A DNA stretch of 64,000 bases from Leucoraja ocellata (Eukaryota). Location of the stretch: positions 682,001-746,000 of the forward strand of contig JAWMAR010000533.1 of NCBI GenBank assembly GCA_036785375.1, in the 5' to 3' direction. The position numbers and the translations under genes are program-made. Of the stretch, positions 59,411 to 64,000 are shown in pieces. The notes beneath the pieces are model-generated. The model was not told the DNA's origin. It was given only the letters and a program-made list of their open reading frames with translations, and searched no databases. The first letter of the stretch is position 1. The number at the start of each line of letters is the position of its first letter.

Positions 59411-61034
59411 TGATGGAGCCTCAGCATTACATCCTTGTTTTTGTATACAAGCCTTCGCGACATAAATGCTCGCATTGTGTTTGATTTCTTTACTATCGAT
59501 TCGACTTGGAGATTAACTTATTTGGGAATCCTGCACCAGCACTCCCAAGTCCCATATGACAATAAAACACTCTTGACTCTTACATTCAGGGGCGATGCAC
59601 AACCTGACATGCTTTGCCTCAATCCATTGTGAATGGCTGTCTCCCAATGTCAGGAAAGTTTCTCCCTACGGTTCATATAAATGTGCTGGAATGGTTTCCT
59701 GCATCACTTCCACATTTGGGAGGAGTATTCAGAAGTAGTTTGAATGAAGAGTTGTTTAGACACTGCTGACCCTTCACTTGAAGGAATAGATAGCTACGAG
59801 GTGCAGTTGCATGTTAATATGCACAAATGCCACAGTAGAGCTTCTTCCCTTACTCTGCCTTATATTTCCTTGTGACAGATCATAACGTTTGTGATGTAGA
59901 CGATTTATATTCTCATCCAAACATGTATCTGCAAACGTACAGCCACAGAAAATATATTCACATATTTGTTTTAGTACTTGGGCATCAATCACATCCTTTC
60001 CACTGATGTTGTATGAAATTCTGACGGCTGTGCGGTGAATATTTCATTTTCTGTGTTTCTTTTGGTGTTTTCATAATGGAAATACTGCAGTATTCTGAAT
60101 GGATTTTCAACACTCAATTTTGTAATCATGTTAGGAGAACAGAACGGTACATTATTGAGACTGGCATCAGAGGATTGGGCCGAAGACTGACCAACAGAGA
60201 TTTAAGGCCTGTGTCCAACATGAATGGTTAATGTGACAAAGATTGAATGAGAATTGTGATTCCAAACATGGTTGCCAATGCACACTTCCACCTCCGAATA
60301 TAATTCTTCTTATGCTTCTTTAGTGGGCATATAACCATATAACCATATAACAATTACAGCACGTAAACAGGCCATCTCGGCCCTTCTAGTCCGTGCCGAA
60401 CACTTATTCTCCCCTAGTCCCATCTACCTGCACTCAGACCAAAACCCTCCATTCCTTTCCCGTCCAAATAACTATTCAATTTTTTAACTTTTTAATTTTT
60501 TTTTGATGAAGGGGAATGACTTTTCCCTCCCGATTGTCCACAATTTGCTCTCACAGTCTTGGCTCCATGCCTAGAGGCACCACAAGAAAACCTCTTGGCA
60601 CTATTGCTTACATAGTGGACTGGCTGAGACGCCTCCTGCCATGATCACACACCTTCTTTCCTCATGGTTTGTTCTTCAACAGTTATTGCATTAGCATCAG
60701 GAGTAAAGCTGAGCAGCCAAGCCTGCCTGCAGCAAAAAGCATCTCCTGATCGTGTTTCACTCTGTACAACTCTTTCTCCGTTTGAGCCTTTACACATAAG
60801 GTACCTGATTAGCCTGCAGAAATATAGCTTGACATTCAACCTTGTGCAATGGATGCCTTTAACAGGTCCACATGCTAATCTAAAAGTTTAACTAGATGCG
60901 GTTACAAATTGTTCATGTTAAACACATCCTTCCAGTGCACCTTTGAGCTATTCTTTCCACAACAGAGCTGGTTGTGCCTGACATCGGCCAATATAATCTG
61001 TAATATCACTTCACCTTAATAAGATTGTACATAT

Positions 61035-61330
61035 GGCAGTACAGTGGCAGCAATAGAGGTGCTGATTTACAGCGCCAGAAAAACTAGGTTTGATCCTGAT
61101 TACGGGTGCTGCTGTATGGAGTTTATACCTACTCCCCGTGACTGCATGGGATTTCTCTGGATGCTCCAGTTAACTCCAACACTCCAAAGATGTACAAGTT
61201 TATAGGTTTACTAGCTTTGGTAAAATTGTAAATTATCCCTAGTGTGTTGGATAGTGTTAATGCATGGGGATTGCCTGTCGGCACTGACAGTGGACTGAAG
61301 GGCCAGCATATCTGAATCTCTAAAACTAAA
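61035..61330 (+). mobile_element. V-SINE
   Basis: Degenerate head, V-domain and tail. Confidence 0.83.
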
Positions 61331-61531
61331 TGTCATATTTCATGATTTCACCAGGATACGTCCCTGGATGCTGGGTGCGTCATGCCAATGTAATTTTGCT
61401 AAACCTCCTGAAGCCCATATCTCTGCAAATAATTAAGTAATCAACAGGCATGTAGGCACTCATATCAATACACGTTAAATCTCATTTTAAATTTACTGAA
61501 ATGTCAATTATTTGCACTTTATGCTATTTAC

Positions 61532-61985
61532 TCAAGTTCAAGTTCAAGTTCAAGTAAGTTTATTCTCACGTGTCCCTGTATAGGACAATGGAATTCTTGC
61601 TTTGCTTAAGCACACAGAAAATAGATCAATATACCATGATATAAATATATACACACATGAATAAATAAACTGATAAAGTGCAAATAGCAGAAAGTGGTTA
61701 TTAATAATCAGAGTTTTGGCCGAGCCAGGTTTAATAGCCTGATGGCTGTGGGGAAGTAGCTATTCCTGAACCTGGTTGTTGCAATCTTCAGGCTCCTGTA
61801 CCTTCTACCTGAAGATAGCAGGGAGATGAGTGTGTGACCAGGATGGTGTGGGTCTTTGATGATACTGCCAGCCTTTTTGAGGCAGCGACTGCGATAAATC
61901 CCCTCAATGGAAGGAAGGTCAGAGCCGATGATGGACTGGGCAGTGTTTATTACTTTTTGTAGTCTTTTCCTCTTCAGGGCGCTCA
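61532..61985 (-). mobile_element. Rex1-type LINE 3' end
   Basis: RLQKVINTAQSIIG..IIKDPHHPGHTLISLLSSGRRYRS..RFRNSYFP, followed by a (TTGAAC)n tail at about 61532-61553. Confidence 0.88.
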
Positions 61986-64000
61986 ACTGAACATTCTTCA
62001 GATTAGTCATCAACTATAAGGTTAAGCAAGAATCTCTTTTACATCTTTCTGTTATCAGCTACTCTCTTACCCTGAGAACCTACTTGGCCAACATCATCTG
62101 GCTTGGCTTCCTGGATTATTCTTCCTTTGTACAAGTATTTTATTACTTTGATGGGTGATCCCTCTTACATTGGCAGCTGTTCTTCTTACGTGCCTCAGTT
62201 TTCAAATTCAGCACTTAACTCTTGTTGTTGGGGTTGCCACCACTTTTGATGCAGTTGTATGACAATATACCTCAACAAGAACGGCAAGAACAATAGCGCT
62301 GCTGCCTCACAGTGCCAGAGACTTGGGTTCGATCCTGACCTCGGCTGCTGTCTGTGCAGAGTTTGTACATTCTCCAAGAGAGCTTAATTAAACTAATTCT
62401 GCAATCTTTCTATTGCCATGTCAAGTAAAACTTTTATAGAGCTGGGTGTGCTGCTGATGTTACATGTGCAACTGGCTCTGCTTCCATTTATAAGTATTCG
62501 TGCTTGTATTCTCATGAATGGGTGCCATGTTCCCTTACACTTAACATTGTGGAAAGTATCCCCATCTATTCAATATAAGAACTGAGGGGTTCGTAGCTGG
62601 ATTGCTGGAGCTTTGAGGAGCAGTGTTAACTCTGCCTCCCTAATTAATGGTGTTTGAGTGTTCTCCCATCTTGTCTGAACATCATGAAGACTTGATCAAC
62701 GAGCAATATCCTGTGACTGTAAATCATGTCGAAGTTCCATGAAATAATATCTTCCGTACTTATAGACCTCAGAATAAAATTAAATAAGCATTATAATTCT
62801 GGTTGTGTTGCTACTTTACATTTATAACTGTGGTCATTTTGCTAATTGTTGTATTTGTTAATGTTGATACAGTTACTTATTATTGCCTGTGTCTTTAATC
62901 CATGCAGATGTCCTGCTAAATAATGCCAACTTCAACCCACAGGTTCAGAGTCCAATCTCTGATGAATGAAATGTAACCAGTCCCGAGTTGCCATTCTTAT
63001 ACCTACTGTGTAGGGAACCAAAATGATGAATAGAACAAAGCATAAAAAATATATATAATTAAAAATATTGCCAGACCTGGTCACAGATGACCTGGTTCTT
63101 TTCTTCTGGCAAATTACGAGCAAGTGATTTTCTGCAGCAAACTATCACCCACCAAAGCACTTTGATGAGTAACAAGGAACTGAATTTCAATTTGAAAGGT
63201 ACACTGAAGAATAGATGTTCTGTCACGTAATCCAGATCTGCCATGTAACCTTCTGATGGATGAAGTGTCTCAATTTTTTCCTATGTATTACTATTAATTA
63301 ATTCAGAAAGGTGCTGTTTGTAAATGAATTTATTAAAACTAATACAAGGAACTAACTCAAGAATTCCCTTATTGGATTCTGGAAACATGTGCCCCTTTGT
63401 AAGGAATATAAATCACCACAAGCTTTTCTTTTAATTCACAGCTTATTTGAGTGAGCGTAACCTTTTGAGAGGTCAGTTTATTTCAAAGAATGTTTACTTT
63501 TAGGCAGCATATTTGTGCATAAAGTTGGCTTATCGTCCTTGAATCGGCTTTCAATTTCCTTGGTTGGCAAATCCCATTGCTTTGATTATTTTATTACCTT
63601 CAGCACAGCTTATTATTAATCTTACTGTGAAATACCAAGGCTTATTTTTTTCTTTGAGGAATATATTATAGCTTCAAAAAGCATTTGCAGCTGTCAGTTT
63701 TATTATTTTTCTTTAAAACATAGTAACGTCAGGAAAATTATTTTAAAGAATGTTGACGCTCACAACATTATAAAATTATTTAAGCAAGAAACAACTTTTT
63801 GTTTTCTGTTCTGCCCGAAAATTTGTTCACAACTTTACGAAGAGACTTTGAACTTGCACAATTGGAAAAAAACAATCACATGTTAACAAGGGGACCAGTC
63901 AATTTTGCTTTCAATTATATTTTCACAAAAGGCCATAACTTGAGGAGTGAAGATGTTAATCCTGGCTAAATTGGACCAGTCAGGACTTCAAAATGGGGTT

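Noticed and set aside
1-64000. Most 60-130 aa ORFs in the six-frame track as host genes
   Set aside because: They overlap SINE/LINE/MITE sequence or are antisense shadows of TE ORFs, and none shows a recognisable non-TE domain or a consistent exon chain.

Overview
Vertebrate non-coding DNA, most likely from an elasmobranch (skate/ray-like; inferred from its HE1/V-SINE, CR1, Rex1, Penelope and Deu-SINE content). I recognise no host protein-coding exon, rRNA, true tRNA or CRISPR array, so the window looks intronic or intergenic. It is a dense mosaic of transposable elements. These include one full-length but frameshifted DIRS1-type tyrosine-recombinase retrotransposon (14486-19354, minus strand, with ITRs and ICR), a young 5'-truncated Rex1/Babar LINE (about 40036-42090), many V-SINEs and CR1 3' ends, several PIF/Harbinger MITEs, a Tc1/mariner MITE and one AFC-like CORE-SINE with a perfect 11-bp TSD. 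Notable observations: (1) more than 10 Penelope-derived terminal repeats carry a minimal hammerhead-ribozyme motif, and some occur as head-to-head hairpins; (2) a roughly 2.8-kb ancient, TE-interrupted inverted repeat with arms of about 1 kb (49490-52289) lies just downstream of a TE-borne TATA/Inr core promoter; (3) several LINE-type and non-autonomous families share a 3' stem-loop plus TGACAATAAA signature, and one copy has been converted into a perfect palindrome. Two N-gaps (20448-20634, 58552-58747) limit interpretation. Boundaries of degenerate repeats are approximate, and all family assignments come from motif recognition by eye, not database searches.
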